From the IMG/VR virus record IMGVR_UViG_3300009528_000005, positions 1 to 50,805 of that record: a DNA stretch of 50,805 nucleotides; one strand, given 5' to 3'. Shown here one piece after another: positions 7,811-16,758 of the stretch (its first letter is position 1; each line of letters starts with the position of its first letter). Source of the stretch: a virus (Duplodnaviria > Caudoviricetes). Made by a program: the position numbers and the translations under genes. A model generated the notes under the pieces. The model ran no database searches. It saw nothing but the letters and a program-made list of their open reading frames with translations, and was not told the origin of the DNA.

Positions 7811-8944
7811 TTGAACTTATCCCCCAATTCTGATACAGCGCCTCCAAATAACCAGGGGGAGGTGGCATTGGTGACACGATGCAAGTATTACAGGCGCAAG
7901 GATGTGAGGTCTGAGCGTTACGTTGTCTATCTTGATTACAAGGGCAAGCGGTGGACACGGACGTACTTTGACGATCGTTTGTCCATCTGTGCAAAACCTA
8001 TGGCGCGGGAGCTTTGCTCTGAAATCAGCGCCGATTACAGGCGCAACCCGAAGACGTTTGACCCGCTTAAATGGTTCAGGGTCAGGCTGTCAGAGATGCG
8101 ATTCAGAAACTATGCTGATAGATGGCTTGATCGCAGGGACATCGAGGAGAGTTCCTATCAGGTATATAGGCATATTCTCAACGAAGCATTGGAAGTTCTT
8201 GGCGATTTGGACATCCGGGATATCCGAAAGTCCCACCTGAGGGATTACGTTGAGGGGTTGTCGAAAGACCTGTCCCCGAATACCGTCCGATACAAACTGT
8301 CCGTCCTGAACATCCTGTTTCGGGATGCCTACAATGACGAAGAAATAAACAGAACGCCTGGATTCCCCAAAATCAAGGCCGTGCCGGTTGTGACCCGCTG
8401 GTTAAACTACGAGGAACAGCAACAGGTACTTGAACACATCCCTGAACCAGATAAACCGATATTCAAATTTATGACGTATTATGGTTGCCGGGTAGGAGAA
8501 GCCGTGGCTTTGATGTGGGACTGTGTGGATTGGAGGCAGGGGGTTGTTACGATAAAGCGCACACTTTCGGCCAACAAGATCAGAGAAAGCCGCAAGACCG
8601 GGAATGTTCTGTGCCTACCGCTCACCGATGAAATGGAAGCCTTGTTGCGGCCACTTCGTAGTCTTCGCAAATTTGTGTTCACGAACAGGTATGGCCGGAG
8701 ATATTACAGACAAAACCTTCTGCGTACTTGCAATATAGCTTGTGAGAAAGCTGGGTTTGAACGCCTGTCCTTGCACGAACTATGCCGACATTCCAAGGGG
8801 GGCCAGTTAATTAACCAAGACGTGCCGCTCGAACAAATATCGGCATTATTGGGACACAAACATACTAATTCAACAAAGCGATATATCAAAATAAAAACGG
8901 AAACCCTGAAGCCGTTGGTAGAACATCCGGTTACGGACCGATAA
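7811..8944 (+). CDS. int: Tyrosine recombinase / integrase (start uncertain)
   Basis: Catalytic R (GCRVGE), K, HxxxRH, LGH, Y; SAM-like core-binding domain. Confidence 0.92.
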   Translation: MNLSPNSDTAPPNNQGEVALVTRCKYYRRKDVRSERYVVYLDYKGKRWTRTYFDDRLSICAKPMARELCSEISADYRRNPKTFDPLKWFRVRLSEMRFRNYADRWLDRRDIEESSYQVYRHILNEALEVLGDLDIRDIRKSHLRDYVEGLSKDLSPNTVRYKLSVLNILFRDAYNDEEINRTPGFPKIKAVPVVTRWLNYEEQQQVLEHIPEPDKPIFKFMTYYGCRVGEAVALMWDCVDWRQGVVTIKRTLSANKIRESRKTGNVLCLPLTDEMEALLRPLRSLRKFVFTNRYGRRYYRQNLLRTCNIACEKAGFERLSLHELCRHSKGGQLINQDVPLEQISALLGHKHTNSTKRYIKIKTETLKPLVEHPVTDR

Positions 8945-9080
8945 CAGACCTTTGTAAGTATTTGGAATTTATAATTGGTTCATTTGGAATCTTTTAGCCT
9001 TATTTTATACAAATTGTCAATGCTTAAAATGGGATACCGAAACAGGATAGCCCAAAAAACCGTCAACAGGTAGGTAACAG

Positions 9081-9311
9081 GTGATGAAACCATGTTGTCA
9101 ATGTGGGCGTTGTTGTAGAGAAGAAATATGCAGAATGGGTATAGATTTATTTGAAACCACAGAACCACCCTGCCCTGCCTTAATTTATGAAGATGATAAA
9201 TTTTGGTGTGGTGTTGTTAAACATGGCGATACATTAGTACCAAAATCCTCAACTTTTTTGAAACTAATCTTAGGAATTGGAGTTGGGTGTGATTCTATAT
9301 ATGGTCTATAA
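9081..9311 (+). CDS. CxxCxxCC Cys-rich (YkgJ-like Fe-S/Zn) protein
   Basis: CCQCGRCC...CPAL...FWCG. Confidence 0.65.
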   Translation: MMKPCCQCGRCCREEICRMGIDLFETTEPPCPALIYEDDKFWCGVVKHGDTLVPKSSTFLKLILGIGVGCDSIYGL

Positions 9312-9764
9312 CCAACCACGGCAGGGAGATAACAGGAGCGATACCCGCCTCTTTCTTACGACTAATCTCGATTCATAGTGAGGAAGGAGCTTGTTAAGGG
9401 GGTTGTGGTGGCCTTATGCTTAGTAAGATCGTATGCTTACTAGCGCCACGAGAACGACAATTATGGTGGTAAGCCACCACAGCCTTCTCACCGAACACAA
9501 TGAATATAATCTCTGATGAAAAATTTGAGTTGGCTTGGGATTTGGCAGTTAAAGAATTTAGTGTTCGTGATATCGCCAAAATAGCCAAGATAGCAAAACA
9601 GACAGCACATAATATATGCTTCGGTGTTCAGCAGATGAGGGCTGATGAAGGCAAACTCATTCCTGAAAAGAAAAAAGAAGGTTATTGGAGTCAAAAAAAA
9701 CGGCTGTGGGGATGTAGGCATAATAAGTTTGGCAAGGCAATGGGTATAACCAACCACGGCAGGG
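9307..9764 (+). repeat. 20-bp direct repeat TATAACCAACCACGGCAGGG (9307-9326, 9745-9764)
   Basis: Exact match. Confidence 0.85.
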
Positions 9765-9838
9765 GGCGTGATGAAAAACTTTCAAAGCTTTTGTACGGCC
9801 TTAATGGAAAGGCAGGAACTTCTATTGGGAAAACTTGA
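9500..9838 (+). CDS. HTH protein
   Basis: FSVRDIAKIAKIAKQTA. Confidence 0.55.
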   Translation: MNIISDEKFELAWDLAVKEFSVRDIAKIAKIAKQTAHNICFGVQQMRADEGKLIPEKKKEGYWSQKKRLWGCRHNKFGKAMGITNHGRGRDEKLSKLLYGLNGKAGTSIGKT

Positions 9839-9974
9839 GGGTGTTTATATCCCAACCGACCCAGATATTTTCAAGATTGAAGATTATACTGAATTGATAG
9901 AAGGAATTAAAGCTGGGGAACAGGATGGATGGATGATTTCTACACATCAAAAAGTAATAGCTGAACAAGGATAG
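9768..9974 (+). CDS. Hypothetical protein
   Basis: ORF following the second repeat copy. Confidence 0.55.
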   Translation: MMKNFQSFCTALMERQELLLGKLEGVYIPTDPDIFKIEDYTELIEGIKAGEQDGWMISTHQKVIAEQG

Positions 9975-10013
9975 CCCCCGCTTCGCCTCGCTATAACGTG
10001 AAAGGAAGTATGG

Positions 10014-10811
10014 TTGAGAGCAAGAAATATTAAGCCCGGAGTGTTTAAAAATGAGCATCTTGGGAGGATGCCAGTTGAAGCCCGGGAGCTATTTAAGGGT
10101 CTCTGGTGTTTAGCGGACAGAGAGGGTCGCCTTGAAGATAGACCGTTTCGCATAAAAGCTGAGATATTTCCATACGATAAGGTCGAAGACGAAGAAAAAT
10201 GGACAAACGAATTACTTAATATGTTAAACAAATCACCCGGGATGTTTATTTTACGATACCAAGATCCAAGTAACGGAATTAGTTATATACAGATTTTAAA
10301 CTTCCTTTTACACCAAAAACCCCACCCCCACGAAAAAAAATCAATTATTCCACCACCTTCCAAAGATGTAATTAAATGTCATTACAAGTCATTACATTTA
10401 ACTAAATGTAGCGCTGATATTATAATCCCCTCTTCTCTGAATCATAAAGAACTGGCTACGCCAGGTCATTTCAAGGAAGCGATTAAAGATGAAAACCTAT
10501 TGACTCAGATTATCGATCTTGGTAGGTGGCTCGAAGAAAAACATCCTGGCTTTCCGTGGCGATTCATACAGTCGAATCGCAAATTTCATCCACAGGCCAT
10601 TCTTGAGGTTTTGGAGATTATCAAAAAGTACATTGAGGATGGTGAGCTTAGAAAACCACCTTGGGCTGTAGGGAACAAGTTGTTACCAATTAAAAACAAG
10701 GATTGGAACGCAAGGGACGTGCAGAGGGCGCACAAACAGATCGAACAAGAGATGAAAGACATTGATCCTGATATTCAGGAATTGGCGGGCAAGTTGTTTA
10801 AAGGGGTGTGA
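10014..10811 (+). CDS. Replication initiator / replisome organiser
   Basis: RARNIKPGxFKNE...LFxGLWCLADREGRL N-terminal family motif. Confidence 0.85.
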   Translation: MRARNIKPGVFKNEHLGRMPVEARELFKGLWCLADREGRLEDRPFRIKAEIFPYDKVEDEEKWTNELLNMLNKSPGMFILRYQDPSNGISYIQILNFLLHQKPHPHEKKSIIPPPSKDVIKCHYKSLHLTKCSADIIIPSSLNHKELATPGHFKEAIKDENLLTQIIDLGRWLEEKHPGFPWRFIQSNRKFHPQAILEVLEIIKKYIEDGELRKPPWAVGNKLLPIKNKDWNARDVQRAHKQIEQEMKDIDPDIQELAGKLFKGV

Positions 10812-10999
10812 TTATGGCTATAAGGATTAATTTACCAGAAGGCGAGTATCTATATGTTGCGTTTGGCGAATCGGTAGAACGTCAAATTTGTATTGTATGG
10901 GATAAAGGGGAAAGTCCTTATATTCAAGGGCCAATGAATCAAAACAGCTCCATTTATTATATTGAAAATAGTGGGATAAGAAAAAAGGAGGAGCTATGA
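10808..10999 (+). CDS. Hypothetical protein
   Basis: GTGA coupling. Confidence 0.55.
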   Translation: MIMAIRINLPEGEYLYVAFGESVERQICIVWDKGESPYIQGPMNQNSSIYYIENSGIRKKEEL

Positions 11000-11376
11000 G
11001 CAAGCAAAAGCGGATAATATTTCAAGAAGTAGCAAAAGATGTAACAGTTAATCTTCATGTTACCAATGAATATGGTGCATCAAATGAAATACCTCATATC
11101 ATTGAAGGCACCCCCATAGAAGTCCTGAATGGGATATTAAATAAACTCAAGGAGATGGGGTTTACTGTAGAAGAAAAAACACTTAGGATTTTTCCTCCCA
11201 AAGAGTCCGTTCCAGACAAAGACGAATTCCAGAACAATTTCGAGCGAGACTCGTTTGAGCAATTTTTTAAGGATTGTCCGTTAGACCAACGGGATTGGGG
11301 AGATGGTGTAAGGCGTAAGTTGGCGTTGTGGATTCATCTGCATATTCAGGCATTGGTGAAATCATCGAAAGAATAA
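10996..11376 (+). CDS. Hypothetical protein
   Basis: AGGAGG SD, ATGA coupling. Confidence 0.7.
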   Translation: MSKQKRIIFQEVAKDVTVNLHVTNEYGASNEIPHIIEGTPIEVLNGILNKLKEMGFTVEEKTLRIFPPKESVPDKDEFQNNFERDSFEQFFKDCPLDQRDWGDGVRRKLALWIHLHIQALVKSSKE

Positions 11377-11735
11377 ACGACCCACTATACCGCAAGTGGT
11401 GCTGGATCAATACCAACCTCGGCTACCACAAGCGCGGCAGAATTTTGGTGAGAATGAACAGGACGTTGTTCTGGCAAAGGTTGCCGAATGACGATGATGA
11501 CCCAAGAACTAAATTGCAGGAACTTCTTGGGATTTTGAACACAAAGGAGGCTCAAGATGTAAAAAACCAAGATGTGGGTGTTGGTGAACAAGAACAGTGG
11601 CAAGGTGATTAGGGTTTGGGTGCCTGGAGTGCCAAGTGAGATTTACGTCTGTGGATTTGCTACGAAAAAGGGTTTGCTGGCTATGATTAACGGCCTGGAA
11701 GAAAACGAGGAAATCAAACGGGTTGAGGTTAAGAT

Positions 11736-11927
11736 ATGACATGTGGCAAATGTAGCAAGTCAAGGATTTGTGGGGTTAAGGCCGACTTTGACGAGGTGGT
11801 AAGGACGCGCCTCCTACAGTTTACCACCTGGGACTTGGGGACTATGCAGAGCCGCTTTCACGCTTTTATCGGTTCCTGCTGCCAGGAGTTCGAGGATGAA
11901 ACAAAAGAAGCTACCAGCCCAGACTGA
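11736..11927 (+). CDS. Small Cys-rich protein
   Basis: CxxC...C...CC. Confidence 0.6.
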   Translation: MTCGKCSKSRICGVKADFDEVVRTRLLQFTTWDLGTMQSRFHAFIGSCCQEFEDETKEATSPD

Positions 11928-12237
11928 AACCCAGATTAAGAAAGCGATTAAGCAGTTTCTTGATCTGCGTGGTGTTTGGCATTTCCCAGTTCTTCAAGGA
12001 CTTGGTTGTTATAAGGGTATGCCAGATATGTTTGCGGTAAGATCGGGCGTGGAAACGGGGTTGCTTTTCCCTGTCGTATATGCAATCGAGGTTAAGACTG
12101 AGAAGGGTAACTTGTCAGAACATCAAGAGCGATTTATGGAAATGTGGGAGTTGCGAGGTTTACCTTATCTTGTAGCCCGGAGTATAGAGGACGTAGCCGA
12201 GGCGATGGGGTTAGAGAAGATAGGAGGTAGGTTATGA
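11896..12237 (+). CDS. VRR-NUC / Holliday junction resolvase-like nuclease
   Basis: E..I, GMPD, IEVK, LSEHQ motifs. Confidence 0.85.
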   Translation: MKQKKLPAQTETQIKKAIKQFLDLRGVWHFPVLQGLGCYKGMPDMFAVRSGVETGLLFPVVYAIEVKTEKGNLSEHQERFMEMWELRGLPYLVARSIEDVAEAMGLEKIGGRL

Positions 12238-12491
12238 AGCGTATTCTGTATTTTTTAGGGTTGAAAACAGGAGAGATTTTACTGCTTGTTTTTGTTCCCT
12301 ATTTTATTGGAAGGCTTGTGTGCTGTTTTGTGGATTGGAAGTCAGGGGTATTTGATGTGTGGATGGCTGGCTTGGTAGGCTTGGTTTTTACTGGAGTCTT
12401 TTTAATAGTCCTATTTATGGCTTGGTCTATAATTGGTGCCAACTGGCGCAAAGCTGGGAAGTTGGCAAAGATAAAAGGCAAGTCCACATAA
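12234..12491 (+). CDS. Two-TM membrane protein
   Basis: AGGAGG SD; hydrophobic segments. Confidence 0.7.
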   Translation: MKRILYFLGLKTGEILLLVFVPYFIGRLVCCFVDWKSGVFDVWMAGLVGLVFTGVFLIVLFMAWSIIGANWRKAGKLAKIKGKST

Positions 12492-12570
12492 TCAGGAAGA
12501 AGACCATTGTGGCAACGGAGAGGGTTGTGAGTAGCTTAGCGTATAACATTAGGGATATGCTGCAAAATAG

Positions 12571-13515
12571 ATGGTTAATGGTTATCAACACATACTGGAA
12601 TATCTATATGATAAATACTACGAATATTTTTCTGAACATTCGGATGTCACTTCAAGCCATTGGCGTACAATAGGGCGGCAAAGGGTATTGAAGAAAAATA
12701 ATGAGTATCTAATCGATGGCTATGGCTTTGGTTCATATAAACCCAGAAATTTAATCAATCAGTTTATGTCCCTCCCTAAGAGAGCTCTCTTATCTCGCTT
12801 ATTAAGGAAATACCATTGCCCTAAATATCTTGTAAATGCGGGAAAGATAATAGTTGCTAGGAGTGGCTATGTTTTCAGTTTTGATAGCGTTAAACAAATC
12901 CTCTCGCTAAACACCATCCTTGAAACATTAGATAACGGAGATAATTTGATGGGGCAAGGGATTAATTCTGTCTGTGTTATAGGAGACGGTTACGCCTTCT
13001 TTTCAAGCTTAATAAAACTTGTCGATCCGGGCATAAGAGTTATATCTGTAAATCTTGGCCGAACACTCTTTTTTGATGTTCTGTTTTCAGGGCGATGCCT
13101 CCCTGAGATGCTTCCGATATTGCTAAAAACAGAAGAAGGTAAGAACGTTCGGCTTTCAACCTCCCAGCTAGTATTTATTGAGGCAGAAAAGTTCAATCTT
13201 TTGGAGAATTTAGAAGTTGACCTTTTTATAAATATTGCCTCAATGCAGGAAATGAACCCCGAAGTCATTGATGAATATTTCAAATATATGAGATCAAGCC
13301 AAAAATCTCCATGCTACTTCTATTGCTGTAACCGGCTAAGAAAAGAACTACCCGATGGGACATTAACTGAGTTCATGAAATATCCTTGGGAAAATAGTGA
13401 TCTTGTTCTTATGGATGAATTATGCCCTTGGTATCAAAAATATCCATCATCAAGACCGCCGTTTTGGCGCCTATTTGATGGTCCGATACAACACAGATTT
13501 ATCAGGATTAAGTAG
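12571..13515 (+). CDS. Putative sugar O-methyltransferase (SAM-dependent), moron-like
   Basis: VCVIGDGYA SAM motif and DLFINIASMQEM. Confidence 0.7.
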   Translation: MVNGYQHILEYLYDKYYEYFSEHSDVTSSHWRTIGRQRVLKKNNEYLIDGYGFGSYKPRNLINQFMSLPKRALLSRLLRKYHCPKYLVNAGKIIVARSGYVFSFDSVKQILSLNTILETLDNGDNLMGQGINSVCVIGDGYAFFSSLIKLVDPGIRVISVNLGRTLFFDVLFSGRCLPEMLPILLKTEEGKNVRLSTSQLVFIEAEKFNLLENLEVDLFINIASMQEMNPEVIDEYFKYMRSSQKSPCYFYCCNRLRKELPDGTLTEFMKYPWENSDLVLMDELCPWYQKYPSSRPPFWRLFDGPIQHRFIRIK

Positions 13516-13549
13516 CCCCTGAGGGCCACCCTGCGAAATTAGCCCTCCT

Positions 13550-13750
13550 TTAGCCCCGCAATATCGTTGCAGCTTCGACTTTATTAAGTATATTCACCAC
13601 TCTTGATAGATGCCGAAAAAAAGTCTTCTTTTTATATTTCTTAAACAACCCCAAATATACCTTCTCACGGCCATATCGACATGGCCTAATAGTACCCTGT
13701 TTATGCCAAGCCAAACACTCTTGATGAAACTGATTTAATGCTTTCATCAT
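13550..13750 (-). CDS. Hypothetical basic protein
   Basis: ATGA coupling in second leftward cluster. Confidence 0.55.
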   Translation of the reverse strand: MMKALNQFHQECLAWHKQGTIRPCRYGREKVYLGLFKKYKKKTFFRHLSRVVNILNKVEAATILRG

Positions 13751-13941
13751 GCTCCCCCCTGTTGTGTGAGTTCTAAAATATCATCAAAGTCAGGATGTAA
13801 TAATGTGCCGGTTTCCCTACCCTTAAAAGCAATAAGCTCTTTAAATGGGATGCCATAAAGATATGCAGCTCTAAAAACAGGCTCAAACCATTCATCTGCC
13901 AATTTAATTTCTCCGCTCTCAAATTGTTCAACCGTGATCAT
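13747..13941 (-). CDS. Hypothetical protein
   Basis: GGAGG SD. Confidence 0.65.
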   Translation of the reverse strand: MITVEQFESGEIKLADEWFEPVFRAAYLYGIPFKELIAFKGRETGTLLHPDFDDILELTQQGGA

Positions 13942-13942
13942 C

Positions 13943-14302
13943 TTACCCCTCCTTTTCCTCGGCCTCGGCTATGGCTTGCTTTGCTGTGTCGATTTGTGTT
14001 TTTGGTACATCATAGGACTTTACTCTATCCACACCCCTACTTGTCACTTTGCCTAATTTCATGGTTGAAATAATGGCCTTTAATGCTTCAAGTAATTTAG
14101 GTGCGGCTTGACATTGTTCTGCTGGTGGGAATTCAGACTCAAGTAGATTAAACACCGTGCCCATACCATTATGAAAAGCTCGGTTTGTTTCAGGCTCATG
14201 GTATCCACCAAAAAAATTGCTATGACACCCACACCTAAAATCATCCCAAGTTTTAGGTTGTGGCTTACCAATGATAGTAACCTGTGATAATTCTTTTCCC
14301 AT
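13943..14302 (-). CDS. Hypothetical protein with AAPxLLEAL...AIAxAE C-terminal module
   Basis: C-terminus paralogous to 14835-15125. Confidence 0.7.
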   Translation of the reverse strand: MGKELSQVTIIGKPQPKTWDDFRCGCHSNFFGGYHEPETNRAFHNGMGTVFNLLESEFPPAEQCQAAPKLLEALKAIISTMKLGKVTSRGVDRVKSYDVPKTQIDTAKQAIAEAEEKEG

Positions 14303-14306
14303 AACT

Positions 14307-14447
14307 TTATCCCCCTTTCTTATCTTCCAGCACCCGCCTGATAATGGCGGTTGCCAGGGTTGCGACCTTGACCTTCTCCTTGTCCGCCTGGGCCTCTAGT
14401 AGCTCGTAAGCCTCGTCAGGCAGCGTGATTTGGATTGTTTTCGCCAT
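14307..14447 (-). CDS. Ribbon-helix-helix (CopG-like) protein, 46 aa
   Basis: MAKTIQITLPDEAYELLEAQADKE; translated by hand. Confidence 0.7.
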   Translation of the reverse strand: MAKTIQITLPDEAYELLEAQADKEKVKVATLATAIIRRVLEDKKGG

Positions 14448-14458
14448 TGGCTTACCCC

Positions 14459-14632
14459 CTATTCATTTATCACAAAGTGCCCCACAGTATTTCCGTTAAT
14501 ATTAACAATCTTGCCCTCTACCTTGCCATCAGAAATGTCTGCTGCGACCTTTGATAGTAAAGAAGTCAGCTCACGCTCTGGCATAACATCAAACGCCGCA
14601 CTGTCCATATTAATCTTTAGTGTAAAATCCAT
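14459..14632 (-). CDS. Conserved small phage protein, 57 aa (MDFTLKINMDSAAF...NGNTVG)
   Basis: GGAGGTGA SD; translated by hand. Confidence 0.7.
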   Translation of the reverse strand: MDFTLKINMDSAAFDVMPERELTSLLSKVAADISDGKVEGKIVNINGNTVGHFVINE

Positions 14633-14636
14633 AGTA

Positions 14637-14807
14637 TCACCTCCCTTTGGGTTTCCGTTTGTTTTGATAATAATAATCTAAGTCCAAATCGTACTTTTTA
14701 AGCAATTTCCATAAATATCTATCAAAATATTCCCCTTCACGAAACTTGTGGTTGTCCCATTCCCTCTGCATAAGCTCTAACCGTTCAGGTTTTGGTAATG
14801 TAGCCAT
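14637..14807 (-). CDS. Hypothetical protein, 56 aa
   Basis: AGGGGG SD; translated by hand. Confidence 0.55.
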   Translation of the reverse strand: MATLPKPERLELMQREWDNHKFREGEYFDRYLWKLLKKYDLDLDYYYQNKRKPKGR

Positions 14808-14834
14808 AATGCACCCCCTTGCTTGAGTTTATGC

Positions 14835-15125
14835 CTATTCTCCCTCGGTCTTGGCTATGGCTTGTTGTAACTCTTTGTGGGTTTTAATAAAAAACTTAGC
14901 CCCCACTATTTGTGGATCATCCACATACTTACATGCTTGTTTACATACCTTAAGCAACTCAGGTACAGTCGCTAATGCTTGGGCATCTGCCATAACTTGT
15001 GCGTTGTTTTGTTCGGCATCTGGCAAAAGCTGTCCAACTTCGCAAATCAACCCGCTCTTACTTTTGACACCTATCCAATCCTCATCCAATTCTACAACTT
15101 CCCACAGTCCTGGTGTATGTTTCAT
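14835..15125 (-). CDS. Hypothetical protein (KHTPGxW family)
   Basis: AAGGAG SD; first gene after the sigma54 promoter. Confidence 0.75.
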   Translation of the reverse strand: MKHTPGLWEVVELDEDWIGVKSKSGLICEVGQLLPDAEQNNAQVMADAQALATVPELLKVCKQACKYVDDPQIVGAKFFIKTHKELQQAIAKTEGE

Positions 15126-15187
15126 GTCAGTAGTCTCCTTTTGTTTGGGTTTGTGTTGTTTTGTGTGTCTCTATATAACAAAGGCCC

Positions 15188-15274
15188 GCACTATTCGTGC
15201 CAACAGACATAACTTTTTCGCAACTACTTGATATGCTCACCCTATTTATTTTGCACTGTTCAATAACTGCACAG
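15188..15274 (-). promoter_or_regulatory. Sigma54 promoter with IHF site and candidate enhancer
   Basis: TTGGCACGAATAGTGC (GG-N10-GC) at 15203-15188; TATCAAgtagTTG at 15233-15221; CTGTTCA-N5-TGCACAG at 15256-15274. Confidence 0.65.
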
Positions 15275-15391
15275 CGTTAACCCTGGCACAAAGCGACCTT
15301 CGACACCCGAATCAGCCCCGCTTCCCACTATGGAACTCCAGGCCCTGCTCACGCGCAACCCCCCCTCATCTCCCCCTAACCCCACAACATC

Positions 15392-15407
15392 ACACAAGAT
15401 ATAGTAT
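15392..15407. promoter_or_regulatory. NrdR-box-like palindrome upstream of a candidate late promoter
   Basis: ACACAAGATATAGTAT; TTGACA at 15449 and 15462, TATGAT at 15474. Confidence 0.45.
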
Positions 15408-15967
15408 GGTCCACCCCTCTACCACACCACCCCTGTCGAAAAATATCCTTGACAGCCAAGGTTGACACCTGATTATGATGTTCACTCGTAAGTGGCGGGC
15501 CTATACCAGGCTTCAAAGATGATCCGGCAGCCCATGACGCAAGATAACACAACCAGCCGGGCGTTGAGAATATACCGATTCTGGCCGTGGATTCACGTAG
15601 CTACGGCTTGCGGGTAAACAACCACACTAAAGAAATTCGTGGGATTTTGAGCGTAAACGCAACCCGGTACTAGGAAACTCCTTCAGCGTGTTCAAAACTG
15701 AACAAGGTGCAGAAGAAGATCACAAAAGAGCCAGGACACTGCTCGGGGAAGAACTGTACGGAGACCATAAATGGCCCATTTGAAACATGGCTGATTAGTA
15801 AAGGGCTATGCCCAACCGAACTGTCTTGGGCCAGCAGGAAGATCCTGCTAAGACTAGCTTGGAAATTGGAAAGGACTCAGTACCCGTGAACATGGCTAAG
15901 TACATCATCCTGACCATTATCATAGCCCTGGCAGTTAATGCCCTGCTAAACATGAGATGGTGAATGT

Positions 15968-16153
15968 ATGGCAGAACTCCTCAAGTGCCAAAAACAGATG
16001 AATCATTACCCCAAAGTCGAAGCTGAAGACGAAAAACGCTGCCTTGCCTGTAAGGATGCTAAAACCTGCGTGTTTTGGAATATGCATCAAACCATAGATG
16101 TTCACCTAAGAGAAATAGCTAGCGAGGGCATACTACTAGGTCTATCATTATGA
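15968..16153 (+). CDS. Small Cys-containing protein
   Basis: ATGA coupling to terS. Confidence 0.6.
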   Translation: MAELLKCQKQMNHYPKVEAEDEKRCLACKDAKTCVFWNMHQTIDVHLREIASEGILLGLSL

Positions 16154-16647
16154 CAGACACTGAAACCAACCCAATAGGAAGACCACCCAAATACGAAACA
16201 CCGGAAGAAATACAACCCATCATAGACCAGTTCTTTAAAACCTGTGAAACAGGTAAGGTAGTTAATGTTATTAGCAAGAAAGCTGTAGTTACCATAACAA
16301 GGTCCATCCCACCTACCGTAGAAGGACTTGCCCTAGCTTTAGGCTTCAGTGGTAGACAATCCCTAGAGAGATATAAGAAAAAGCCTGAATTTGTAGACAC
16401 CTTTGCGTGTGCCTTTACCCGGATTGTGCAGACCGTTCTTGTTGGGGGTGCTATTGGAGAGTATGATTTCAGGCTTGTTCAAGCCATGGCGGCTAGTATC
16501 GAACCAGCATACCGACAGAAGCAGGAGATTGAGGTATCAGGCACTATGACCCATATTCCCAGTCTCGTCATGCTGGGCATGATAAACAACGAGGTCAAGC
16601 AGATAGGGCATGATGCTGACGTAGTGGATGGCGAGGTTGAGGAATAG
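16150..16647 (+). CDS. terS: Terminase small subunit (P22 gp3-like)
   Basis: GRPPKYETPEE...PPTVEGLALALGF...Y..K.EF. Confidence 0.85.
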   Translation: MTDTETNPIGRPPKYETPEEIQPIIDQFFKTCETGKVVNVISKKAVVTITRSIPPTVEGLALALGFSGRQSLERYKKKPEFVDTFACAFTRIVQTVLVGGAIGEYDFRLVQAMAASIEPAYRQKQEIEVSGTMTHIPSLVMLGMINNEVKQIGHDADVVDGEVEE

Positions 16648-16701
16648 TGGGACTGAGCAATGGGGCGTTAGACCCCCCTGTAACCTATTGATATTAGGCA
16701 A

Positions 16702-16729
16702 GGTTGACATATTAGTATTTATCAGACGC
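16702..16729 (-). other. dif-like XerC/XerD site
   Basis: GCGTCTGATAA-ATACTA-ATATGTCAACC (11-6-11), flanked by IHF-like boxes. Confidence 0.65.
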
Positions 16730-16758
16730 TTTGTAAGTAGCTGAAATCAGGTGAAGCA

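Noticed and set aside
7811-8944. Integron integrase IntI
   Set aside because: No IntI-specific insertion is visible in the catalytic domain, it has a phage-type N-terminal arm, and it is 6.5 kb from the array.
15707-15889. Additional UGA-readthrough ORFs in the late leader
   Set aside because: Alternative frames hit other stops soon after the TGA; no coherent protein.
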